Assembly (NCBI GenBank): GCA_963807965.1
Contig: CAWEDU010000009.1
Span: 35,577-99,576, forward strand
From: an uncultured Thermoplasmatales archaeon
GTDB taxonomy: Archaea; Thermoplasmatota; Penumbrarchaeia; Penumbrarchaeales; Penumbrarchaeaceae
DNA: 64,000 bases
Direction: 5' to 3'
Below are positions 10,851 to 19,322 of the stretch, piece by piece; positions within the stretch are counted from its first letter, which is position 1, and each line of letters opens with the position of its first letter. A program made the position numbers and the translations under genes. Under the pieces are notes generated by a model. It ran no database searches and was not told where the DNA came from. It saw nothing but the letters and a program-made list of their open reading frames with translations.

Positions 10851-11789
10851 CTACTCACCTCCTTTTGAATCCCCTTCCTTCAATTCTTTGGATGGTTCGT
10901 CTTTAAGTTCCTGAGGAGCCTTTTCTGGATCAGGTGTAGGTTCAGATTCGGTATCGTCCTCATCCTGTTCCTTTCTCCTCTCCTCTCTTTTGGCCTTTCT
11001 ACGAGAGGTGGATTTATTCTTTTTCTCCTCATCTTTGTCCTCGGAATCTGTTTCTGAAACAGCTTCAACCTCTTCTGGAGGTGTGGGGGTCTCTTCCTCA
11101 TCTGTTTCAGATACTTCTTTTGGATCCTCGGTAGGTTCATCCAACTTGATCTCCGCTACCTCTCTGAGCTCTGGGAGATCATGGATCGTCACCTCATCAG
11201 GAAGAACGGAATCACTTCTCATGATATCCACGGATACACCGATAAGACCCAACTTCTTCTTAGCAATTGCATATCCTCGGTCCATGGTTGTAATTGCGGG
11301 TTCTCCGCAGAATTTGATGTGGCCCCACTTGAACTTCTCAGTCCTGTGCCTCTGGCCAGTTAATTTTCCGCAGAGTTTGACCTGACAACCCTTTACATCA
11401 GTATCCATTATCCTTCTGAGAGTAGAATGTCCTGCTCTTCTGAAATGCCATCCCCTTTCTAGGGCCAAGGCAAGCTTCTGGGCCATGATCTGTGGATTCT
11501 TGGCACTATTCCGGCATTCTTGAACCTCGATCTGGGGATTATCGAAACCATACTTCTCAGAAACAGTTCTCGTCAATTCCTTGATCTTGGCACCTTTCCT
11601 TCCAATTACCATGCCGGGTCTTTCAACTATTAGGGTCACTCTGGTTCCCATGGGGGTTCTCTGGATGTCAATACCACCGAAACCTGCCATCTCAGTTTCC
11701 CCCTTGAAATATTCCTTAAGAAGGACTCGTCTGATATTTTCATTGATGAACTTCCTCTCACTGGCCATCTTCTCCCTCCTTTTCTTCAA
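10851..11789 (-). CDS. rps3: Ribosomal protein uS3 with a ~100-aa acidic/Lys-rich C-terminal extension.
   Basis: N-terminal KH/S3 core (…GFGGIDIQRTPMGTRVTLIVERPGMVIGRKGAKIKEL…) followed by a low-complexity D/E/K/P tail. Start probably at the internal Met MASERKF, since the first Met overlaps rpl22 by 32 nt. Confidence 0.85.
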   Translation of the reverse strand: MKKRREKMASERKFINENIRRVLLKEYFKGETEMAGFGGIDIQRTPMGTRVTLIVERPGMVIGRKGAKIKELTRTVSEKYGFDNPQIEVQECRNSAKNPQIMAQKLALALERGWHFRRAGHSTLRRIMDTDVKGCQVKLCGKLTGQRHRTEKFKWGHIKFCGEPAITTMDRGYAIAKKKLGLIGVSVDIMRSDSVLPDEVTIHDLPELREVAEIKLDEPTEDPKEVSETDEEETPTPPEEVEAVSETDSEDKDEEKKNKSTSRRKAKREERRKEQDEDDTESEPTPDPEKAPQELKDEPSKELKEGDSKGGE

Positions 11790-12234
11790 GAATGACCTCG
11801 ATGTTCACAGTATAGGTATCCCAATCAGTCGCCCTACCATGTGCTCTCGGCATCCATCCCCTGAAAACCCTGCCTCTATTGGCTGCAATATGGGAAATCT
11901 TCAGCTGATCTGTATTGAGGCCGCTGTATTCTGCATTGGACTCACAGTCCTCAAGGAGCTTCAAAATCTTGGATGCTGCCTTCTGAGGATACCTCCCTGG
12001 ACCGAAACCAGTACCCTTCCTGTGTGACACACATTGTTTATATCTTTTAAAAGGAACAGCCCTTTTCAATGAGATCACTTCCTCAAGGTAGGTTTTTGCC
12101 TTCCTTAGCTCCATGCCTCTTATCTCCCTGCAGATCTCAACAGAATGCTTGGGAGAGATGTTCACCTCCAGAGCCTGGGCCCTTGCAGAGGTTTCTGGAT
12201 CTGAATCTTTAGAATATCTCATGTAATCCCTCAC
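11758..12234 (-). CDS. rpl22: Ribosomal protein uL22
   Basis: 158-aa ORF, uL22-like, operon position. Confidence 0.85.
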   Translation of the reverse strand: MRDYMRYSKDSDPETSARAQALEVNISPKHSVEICREIRGMELRKAKTYLEEVISLKRAVPFKRYKQCVSHRKGTGFGPGRYPQKAASKILKLLEDCESNAEYSGLNTDQLKISHIAANRGRVFRGWMPRAHGRATDWDTYTVNIEVILEEKEGEDGQ

Positions 12235-12686
12235 TTAAGTGGCATGTACTTGGACGACCTTGTAGCACCGACGCCCACACCAGTGTGTTTAGTGGTTTTC
12301 CTTGTTGGAGCGAACTCACCTATCTTGTGGCCCACCATCTCAATTGTGACAGGAACTTCCACGAAGGCCTTCCCATCATGGATTGATAATGTCTTTGAGA
12401 TCATGGATGGAAGGATGACCATCTCTCTGGTGTGTGTCTTTATCACACCATCTCCCCGATCAAGATGCCTGAAGAACCTAGGATTCTTGTCAACCACACC
12501 TCTTGTGATCGTTCTTCTAGCTCGAGCTGGAAGGAGCTCAATGAACTCATCGAGACTCATCGCCTGGATATCCTCTAGGCTCTTACCCCTATAGAGGAAC
12601 TCCTTCTTCTTCTTGGCCGCTATCCTGCCCTTCAGCTTCCTTGATTTCCTTCTTGCCGCTTTTGGGGTTGTTTTGCCTTTAGCCAT
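12231..12686 (-). CDS. rps19: Ribosomal protein uS19
   Basis: 151-aa ORF (…FLYRGKSLEDIQAMSLDEFIELLPARARRTITRG…GKAFVEVPVTIEMVGHKIGEFAPTRK…). Confidence 0.9.
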   Translation of the reverse strand: MAKGKTTPKAARRKSRKLKGRIAAKKKKEFLYRGKSLEDIQAMSLDEFIELLPARARRTITRGVVDKNPRFFRHLDRGDGVIKTHTREMVILPSMISKTLSIHDGKAFVEVPVTIEMVGHKIGEFAPTRKTTKHTGVGVGATRSSKYMPLK

Positions 12687-12690
12687 TTAA

Positions 12691-13434
12691 TCAGGCCCCC
12701 TTTTTCTTCTTATTATTCTTCTTTTTCTTGGGGCTCATTCTGCCCACCTTCCGACCTGGAGGAGCATTTCTTGATACGGTGCTAGGTACACCAACATGTT
12801 GATGGCCTCCACCTCCATGAGGATGGTTCACGGGGCTCATAGCCACACCGGAAACCACTGGATAAACCCTTGCTTTGGCACTGAGTGAGTGTACCTTATT
12901 TCCTGCTTTGGCAAAAGGAAGGTCGGGTCTACCTCCACCTCCCACCATTCCGATTATGGCCCTGCACTCACCTGGTAAGTTTTTAAAACTGCCTGAAGGA
13001 AGTTGGACAGTAACGGCCTTTCCTCTGGAAACGATAATTGCTGATGAACCTCCGGCCCTTACGAATTTACCCCCATCAAGAGGTCTAGCCTCAATATGGT
13101 AGATCGGAGTTCCCTCAGGAATCTCCTTCAAAGGTAGGATATTCCCTATGCGAATAGGTGCATTGTCACCCATCAATACCTCTTGACCAACTCTCAAACC
13201 TTCCGGAGCAAGCATGAATCTAACCCTGCCATCGTTCCAAAGCATCTTTGCCATGGGTGCGGTATGACCGGGATCATGAACGAAGTCCACTACTCTACCT
13301 CTCCCGGACTTCAATTTTGGAAGAACGGCTGGGGTAAGGTGCTTGTGGCTGGGGGACCGATATACGGTTGTTCCCTTTCCTCTTCTCCTGCTAATAATTC
13401 TCTTTCCCATAAGCATCCCCTCAGAATATTCCAA
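12691..13434 (-). CDS. rpl2: Ribosomal protein uL2. The real start is probably the MGKR Met near 13410.
   Basis: 247-aa ORF with the uL2 core and C-terminal …VNHPHGGGGHQHVG…. Confidence 0.9.
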   Translation of the reverse strand: MEYSEGMLMGKRIISRRRGKGTTVYRSPSHKHLTPAVLPKLKSGRGRVVDFVHDPGHTAPMAKMLWNDGRVRFMLAPEGLRVGQEVLMGDNAPIRIGNILPLKEIPEGTPIYHIEARPLDGGKFVRAGGSSAIIVSRGKAVTVQLPSGSFKNLPGECRAIIGMVGGGGRPDLPFAKAGNKVHSLSAKARVYPVVSGVAMSPVNHPHGGGGHQHVGVPSTVSRNAPPGRKVGRMSPKKKKNNKKKKGA

Positions 13435-13687
13435 TCCTCATTCCCACATCATCGGCTTTGTATTCCTTGGAAAGCTTGATTATCGCCTGCTTTCCGAACC
13501 TTGTATGTTTAACGTTCACCCTGTCCACCTTAACCTCGAATAGCTCTTCGAAAGCAGCCTTGATATCGATCTTTGTGGCTCCTTCTTTCACTATGAACAT
13601 GAGGGAGTTGTGGGCCTCCATCAGGTTAAGTGTCTTCTCTGTAACATAAGGGTGTAGAAGTATTGTATGAGGCATATTCTCAATCAT
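13421..13687 (-). CDS. rpl23: Ribosomal protein uL23
   Basis: 88-aa ORF (…HPYVTEKTLNLMEAHNSLMFIVKEGATKIDIKAAFEELFEVKVDRVNV…). Confidence 0.85.
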   Translation of the reverse strand: MIENMPHTILLHPYVTEKTLNLMEAHNSLMFIVKEGATKIDIKAAFEELFEVKVDRVNVKHTRFGKQAIIKLSKEYKADDVGMRIGIF

Positions 13688-14502
13688 TAATTCTCACCTC
13701 CGAGGCTGCTTATTGCCTTCTTTGTGAAAACAACGAGTCTTCCCGGATCCCCTCCGGGAGCCAGGAGCTCAGTATTGATCTGAGAAGGTGTACTGGTATT
13801 GACACCCGGTAGGTTCCTTGCTCCAATAAGGACTGCAGAACCCTCACTTGCAACGAAAAGAATGGAACGAGGTTGTCTGAACCTTCTTCCTCTCATCTTA
13901 CCACGACCGGCCCTGATATGCTTGCCATCATGAGACCTTTTGATATCCTCATCGATCCCAAGGGACCTGAGGACTTCCATTATATCTCTTGTCCGATCCA
14001 TGGTCTCGAGCTTGTCATCAATTATAATGGGAAGTGTGATACCTTCCTTGAACTTGTGTCCCCTGGCCCTTACTTTTCCCTCGTCTGAGGTCGCTGCAAG
14101 AGCTGAGGCTTTTGCAAACCTCTTCTCCTTGAGATTTATCTTTTTCTCAAATGAGTGTTCTGGTCTGGGAGGGTGAGCTCTTCGTCCACCGACATTGTTT
14201 GGAGATTCTGCACCTTTTCTACCTTGAGTAAGTCTCTGGACCCTTGCTACTCCCCTTCCTTTACCCCATGTTGAAGTGGCATGCCTCATCCCTGCTTCCC
14301 TGGATGGACCATATCTCTGCCTTTTATTGGCCTGTGCGGAGACAACAGCCCTCCTGATCAGATCAGGTCTAAAGGGTGTAGTGAAGACCCGGGGAAGGTC
14401 GAAACTACCCTTAACTTTCCCATCCAGTCCGTAGATATTGACCGATCCTGCGGTTGGAACCTTCTTCGGCGCAGATGCCCTTTTTTTCTTGCTTTCTACC
14501 AT
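13687..14502 (-). CDS. rpl4: Ribosomal protein uL4
   Basis: 271-aa ORF, uL4-like, operon position. Confidence 0.9.
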   Translation of the reverse strand: MVESKKKRASAPKKVPTAGSVNIYGLDGKVKGSFDLPRVFTTPFRPDLIRRAVVSAQANKRQRYGPSREAGMRHATSTWGKGRGVARVQRLTQGRKGAESPNNVGGRRAHPPRPEHSFEKKINLKEKRFAKASALAATSDEGKVRARGHKFKEGITLPIIIDDKLETMDRTRDIMEVLRSLGIDEDIKRSHDGKHIRAGRGKMRGRRFRQPRSILFVASEGSAVLIGARNLPGVNTSTPSQINTELLAPGGDPGRLVVFTKKAISSLGGEN

Positions 14503-14512
14503 CTGGATCGCC

Positions 14513-15512
14513 TCACTTACCCTGTTTAGAAGCTGTGCTAACGTATGTGATCTCAGGGGATGATATCTTCACTCCCTTCATTCTGACTGGATCTCTGAAC
14601 CGTATCAATCTTTTTGTCACACCTGGAATTGAGCCGTGTATGAGAACATAATGATTCGTGATATTACCATAATGGATGAATCCGCCTTTTGGATTGATCT
14701 CAGAGGGATCCTTTCCAACCTTGAGTATTCTTTTATTGAACTCTGTTCTCTTATGATATCCCATCTGACCTGAATTGGGAACCGTGGACATGATCCAGGA
14801 TGGATTCCATGGTCCTTGAGTACCCTAGCATCCTCCTGTGTTTTGAGTTCTTATGTGTCAATAGCTTGACACCGAACCTTTTGTTCAAACCCTGGAATCC
14901 CTTTCCTTTCGTCACCGATATTATGTCCACCATGGCCCCTTCCACCTGGAACTCGTTAAAATCAACATCCTTTCCAAGAAGGCCTTTGGCATACTCTATC
15001 CTCTCTTTGATGGATCCTCCCCCGATCCTCATCTCCATGATCTCAGGAGATTTCTTGGGGATAGAAGGGACATTATATGGTTTGGAATGCATTATGACCC
15101 TTATCTCATCCACATCTTCTTCAACCAGTGAAGAAAGGTCAGGTTTTGAACCCTTTTCTGGGATCGGTATCGACCTTAGAAGTTCCTTATCCAGATTCTC
15201 AGCCCAGACCTCCTTCTTCGTGTTCATCCCGTAAACATTATCCTCGTAGAGCCTGATACCCACCACCTTCATGGGTGGGACCTCTACAACTGTTACGGGA
15301 ACCATTACTTCCTGTCCTGAAGTGGTCGATGTCGGCCTGTAATCCATAATAAAGGCGTGGGTCATACCAGCCTTGTATCCTGCGAAGCCCTGTATTTTTG
15401 GTTCGGAGCTACCAACCTCTGGCCAGTGCTTGACTATAGGGGTCTCCCTTTTGGCCCTTTTCCTAGGTGAATGGGCCATTGAACCTCTTCTTGGCTTGTG
15501 TGCTTTACCCAT
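14513..15512 (-). CDS. rpl3: Ribosomal protein uL3 with an apparent frameshift near 14795-14812.
   Basis: 253-aa N-terminal ORF (MGKAHKPRRGSMAHSPRKRAK…KHRRMLG) ends in nonsense. The next frame continues …GTQGPWNPSWIMSTVPNSGQMGYHKRTEFNKRILKVGKDP… (92-aa ORF 14513-14791). Junction is at a GGG run. Confidence 0.85.
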
Positions 15513-15760
15513 CTCATTCCTCCGATATTTCGGTTACTATCGGAACTAAACCTCCATGCATGGTTAGCACAAGGTCACGCTCCTGCGCCTATCCGACCGT
15601 TACGTCGTTCCCGGAGACAACAAATATCCCCCAGAGGGGAAGGTCTCTCCGTTACAGGGTCCCGTGAAGGTTGCCCTTAACGTTTGGCCGGAGGGCTTCT
15701 TTGCGCTTTGGCGTCCGGCCATAAAGGAAGTAATATATATAATTACCTGAAATTCAAATA
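15513..15760 (-). promoter_or_regulatory. Putative promoter (TATA-like ttaattatatatatt at ~15740-15756, minus strand) and a ~230-nt GC-rich structured 5' leader of the rpl3 operon.
   Basis: AT-rich TATA-like box sits upstream of the operon's first gene. A perfect 7-bp hairpin GGCCGGA-n21-TCCGGCC lies at 15687-15721. Leader GC is far above that of neighbouring intergenic DNA. Confidence 0.4.
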
Positions 15761-15809
15761 AATACTGACTCGAAAAAATTCCTGATCAATCTGATTTTCC
15801 AGCAATAGC

Positions 15810-16046
15810 TCATGGTTTCCCAATAGACCCAACCATTTCATTTAGGTCCTTCATCAATGAATCGACATCCATTCCATGTGCAGATGCACCCTGTTCGATT
15901 GATTCAAAATTTGCCATTGCACAACCAATACAACCGAGTCCATGCTGGATAAAAACGGGAATGAGCTCTGGATACTTCTGTATCACATCCGAGATTCCCA
16001 TATCCTTTGTTATCATTTCCGTCATGGGTATCACTAAAAGCGCCAT
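15810..16046 (-). CDS. DUF1858-domain protein (hybrid-cluster-protein-associated redox disulfide domain family)
   Basis: 78-aa ORF with …MITKDMGISDVIQKYPELIPVFIQHGLGCIGCAMANFESIEQGASAHGMDVDSLMKDLNE…. Confidence 0.6.
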   Translation of the reverse strand: MALLVIPMTEMITKDMGISDVIQKYPELIPVFIQHGLGCIGCAMANFESIEQGASAHGMDVDSLMKDLNEMVGSIGKP

Positions 16047-16134
16047 GAAGCTATCGGATATAAAACTTGACCCCTAAAGGTATGATAAAGGTTAATACGG
16101 TCCATCCATTCTCGGTTAAGAAGGAGATCGGTCC

Positions 16135-17874
16135 ATGCCCGTAATAAACCTGGACACTGAGGACCTAGGAAGACTTGTTGGGAAAGGTTTCGACCTTGAC
16201 AGTTTTAAAAATAACATTCCAATGATAGGTGCCACAGTGGAGAAGGATGAAGGAGGAGAGGTCTCAGTAGAATTCTTCCCAGATAGACCTGATCTTTTCT
16301 CAGTTGAGGGTGTTGCTAGAGCTTATGGTAAATTTATTGGGTCGAATCTTAAGGATCTTACCTCGATCTACGGGATCAATGGGAGCTCTGGTATGAAGGT
16401 AGTGGTTGATCCCGCCCTTTCTGGAATCAGACCAGTCATCGGAGCTGCTGTCATAAGAGGAGTGAATATTGATGACAAGGCCTTGATATCCATAATGAAC
16501 CTCCAAGAGAAACTTCACATCACTTTAGGTAGGAAAAGGAGGAAGGTAGCGATCGGTATACATGATGCAGCTCCACTCAAACCACCCTTCAAATACTGGG
16601 CTGCTGATCCAAAAGAAATTCGATTCGTTCCACTTCAAAAGGAAGAGGATTGGAACCTTGAAAGGATCCTCAATGAACATGAGAAAGGTAAAGGCTACTC
16701 ATGGATCCTGAAAGATAAACTGAAATATCCTGTTATCACTGATTCAAAGGAACAGGTCCTTTCTTTCCCTCCAATAATCAATGGTGAACTTACCAAAGTA
16801 ACTGAGAGCACAAGGGATATCTTTGTTGATTGTACGGGTTGGGACCTGAATGCAGTCAATCTAGCGGTTAACATAGTATGTTCCCAACTAGTGGATAGGG
16901 GGGGAAGGATTGAAGATGTCAGGATCGAATATCCAGAATCGGAATCTTTCAAGGATCTGGATTTGAGCACTGGCAAATGGCCAAAATACCAATGGATAGA
17001 ATCCATAGCAAGCTTGGAATGGACAAAAAATTGGTTGGGCAAAGACCTCTCATCAAATGATATCATCAGATCCCTTGATCGTATGGGGTATGGAAACGTT
17101 GAAGTTAAGAGAGGTGAGATCAAGTGTCTGGTTCCTCCATGGAGAGGTGATATACTTCATCAAGCGGACCTGGTGGAGGATATTGCAATAGGATTCGGTT
17201 TCAATTCTTTCGAGGGTATTGGGTCTACTCATTCCACCATGGGATCTGAACGAAGAATGACTATGATATGCAGATACATAAGACAAACTCTGATCGGGCA
17301 TGGATTCCTGGAGGTCAAGACCATATCCCTCTCCAACGAGAAATCCCAATTCACCCTCATGGGAAGGGATGAGCAGGACCATCTCAAACTTCTGAATCCC
17401 ATCACCATAGATCACACCATGGTAAGGATGTCCACATTGCCATCGTTGATGGCCCTTCTCAGGGTAAATAAGCATAGAGACCTTCCTCAGAAACTCTTTG
17501 AAACAGCTGACGTAATGATCGGTAACAGGACCAGGAATGTTCTTGGTGGTGTAAGTGAGGACAACAAAGCTTCATTTACCGAGGTTAAAGGTCATGTTCA
17601 AAGGATCTTGCAGGACCTGGGTATCTCCTATATCTTGGAACCAGTGAACCTTGGTTATTATATTAAAGGAAGATCCGCTGCAATAATGGTGGATATCCCT
17701 CAGGGTGAAGGTAGAAATGTCGGTCTTTTTCCTGAGTTAGAAGGGATGAAGCTGATCCCCTTTGGGCATTTCGGAGAGGTCCACCCAAGGATCATCACTG
17801 AAAACGAACTTGCGACTTCCGTATCTGCTTTTGAGTTGGACCTGGACCTTATTCTTGATCTTACCGAGATCTGA
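16135..17874 (+). CDS. pheT: Phenylalanine--tRNA ligase beta subunit (archaeal type)
   Basis: 579-aa ORF. N-terminal B3/B4-like region and C-terminal catalytic-like domain, with the typical archaeal PheT start [17 protein letters not shown]…. Confidence 0.85.
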   Translation: MPVINLDTEDLGRLVGKGFDLDSFKNNIPMIGATVEKDEGGEVSVEFFPDRPDLFSVEGVARAYGKFIGSNLKDLTSIYGINGSSGMKVVVDPALSGIRPVIGAAVIRGVNIDDKALISIMNLQEKLHITLGRKRRKVAIGIHDAAPLKPPFKYWAADPKEIRFVPLQKEEDWNLERILNEHEKGKGYSWILKDKLKYPVITDSKEQVLSFPPIINGELTKVTESTRDIFVDCTGWDLNAVNLAVNIVCSQLVDRGGRIEDVRIEYPESESFKDLDLSTGKWPKYQWIESIASLEWTKNWLGKDLSSNDIIRSLDRMGYGNVEVKRGEIKCLVPPWRGDILHQADLVEDIAIGFGFNSFEGIGSTHSTMGSERRMTMICRYIRQTLIGHGFLEVKTISLSNEKSQFTLMGRDEQDHLKLLNPITIDHTMVRMSTLPSLMALLRVNKHRDLPQKLFETADVMIGNRTRNVLGGVSEDNKASFTEVKGHVQRILQDLGISYILEPVNLGYYIKGRSAAIMVDIPQGEGRNVGLFPELEGMKLIPFGHFGEVHPRIITENELATSVSAFELDLDLILDLTEI

Positions 17875-18153
17875 ATATCTTCAAAAGGGTTCAAATAGGA
17901 GAGGACCATAGGAACCTTGCGAACGGTGTATAGACCCTGAGGGATCAATTTACTTCTACTTTGTAATCCACATCAATCTTTCGCCGTTCGTTATTTCTTT
18001 CATACCTTGATAAATAACATTAAAAAATGGATGGGACCCTAATTGTTACTTTTACTCTCAATAAGTCAATGTTGAATACCCTAAATATCAGGATTAAGGA
18101 GGATATCTTAGCTAGTTTTCTTGAATATCTAGAAGAGTGATCTCTTTATTCGT

Positions 18154-18942
18154 TTATTTCATTCTTCCAACTGGAGCAAGATAGATCGTGAATTCATCAT
18201 TTCCATCAACCTCGATAAGGGAATCAATAGCTTCTTGATCGTATGCACCAATCGCACATGTACCACATCCGATACCCTCAGAGGCGAGGTAAAGATTCTG
18301 ACAGACATGCCCGATATCGATTGCTATTACCTTGTGAGCAGCAGGTCCATACCTCCATTCCATCCGATATGGTATAGCCGTCCAGATGAAAACCACTGAT
18401 CCGGTTCCGATGAAAGACTGATCAAAGCTCGCTTTCGCCACCTTGATCGAGATATCACTCTCCTTCCTGATCATAAGAAGTGAATGTTCCAAGGGAAGGT
18501 ACCTATACAGCCCCTCTTCCAAACCAGTCACCTTTCTGACAATTATGTAGGTTTCAAATGAATGCCTCGCACCAGCAGATGGAGAGGTTCGAAAGAACGG
18601 TTCTTTTGGACTCTTCATACCCTGTGTGGCCCATAATAGGAAGGAAAGTTCTTCCAAGGAAAGCGATTCATCTTCAAATGATCTCCTGCTTCTTCTTCTT
18701 CCAAGGACCTCCCCAAGTCCCGCTCGACAAATATTGGACCAGTCATCAGGAAATGGAAGACTGAAGATCTCATTACCCTCCTCAACAGGTTTTTGGATCA
18801 TTGGAGGTGGACTACCGATGTTCTGATCAGCTCTTGAGAAATCAAATTCCTTTCTTATCGTATCTTTAAGAAAGAACCGACATTTATTCCTCTCCTTTTC
18901 CTCCTCTTCTGTGCCTGGCCACTTATTATTCATGGATAACAC
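18154..18942 (-). CDS. SagB-type dehydrogenase / nitroreductase-family protein
   Basis: 262-aa ORF with …RRSRRSF…LSLEELSFLLWATQG…ARHSFETYIIVRKV…LYRYLP… resembling SagB/ThcOx-like nitroreductases. Confidence 0.55.
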   Translation of the reverse strand: MLSMNNKWPGTEEEEKERNKCRFFLKDTIRKEFDFSRADQNIGSPPPMIQKPVEEGNEIFSLPFPDDWSNICRAGLGEVLGRRRSRRSFEDESLSLEELSFLLWATQGMKSPKEPFFRTSPSAGARHSFETYIIVRKVTGLEEGLYRYLPLEHSLLMIRKESDISIKVAKASFDQSFIGTGSVVFIWTAIPYRMEWRYGPAAHKVIAIDIGHVCQNLYLASEGIGCGTCAIGAYDQEAIDSLIEVDGNDEFTIYLAPVGRMK

Positions 18943-19108
18943 CTCTTATCGGAAATGAGGTAAGGGTCTCTTGACCATATTATGCCTTTTGAATTTAAAA
19001 ATTAATCAAGAATCATTATCCGGATTTATTATGATAAATGAAATGACCCCGACATATTATGGGAAAGGTTAAGAACCGACATCCTGATTATCACAGGAGG
19101 TATGATAA

Positions 19109-19296
19109 ATGAGCGGAGCAGATGTGATAGAAAAGGTCGGTGTATCAACAGATAGCTATTCTGATGCGATAAAGAAGGTCCTAAAGGATGTGGGGGGGAG
19201 CAAAGGGTCAATTGGTTCCAGGTAATGGAACAAAGAGGACGAGTCTCCAACGATGGAGAGATAGAGTTCCAGGTGATAGTAAAGATGGGCGTTTAA
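19109..19296 (+). CDS. Dodecin-family flavin-binding protein with an apparent frameshift in a G7 run at 19211-19217.
   Basis: Frame 1 reads MSGADVIEKVGVSTDSYSDAIKKVLKDVGG… and the other frame reads …NWFQVMEQRGRVSNDGEIEFQVIVKMGV*. Adding one G restores a ~62-aa dodecin. AGGAGG lies 8 nt upstream of the ATG. Confidence 0.6.
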
Positions 19297-19322
19297 AGAT
19301 CGATCATCTATTGTTTTTCACT

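Noticed and set aside
10990-11385. 131-aa plus-strand Ser-rich ORF.
   Set aside because: Antisense to the uS3 gene.
2945-15512. Programmed ribosomal frameshifting or genuine pseudogenisation of r-protein genes.
   Set aside because: The indels sit at homopolymers, affect unrelated genes at a uniform density, and hit multiple essential genes. Technical error is the most likely explanation.
15513-15760. Possibility that the GC-rich segment upstream of rpl3 is the SRP (7S) RNA gene, because of a CCTGTAAC-like motif and strong hairpins.
   Set aside because: Could not find the conserved domain-IV features or complementary 5'/3' termini. Its position between a TATA box and the operon's first ATG fits a 5' leader better. 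Kept only as leader/ncRNA candidate.
19029-19250. 73-aa minus-strand ORF.
   Set aside because: Antisense to the dodecin gene. No protein-like features.
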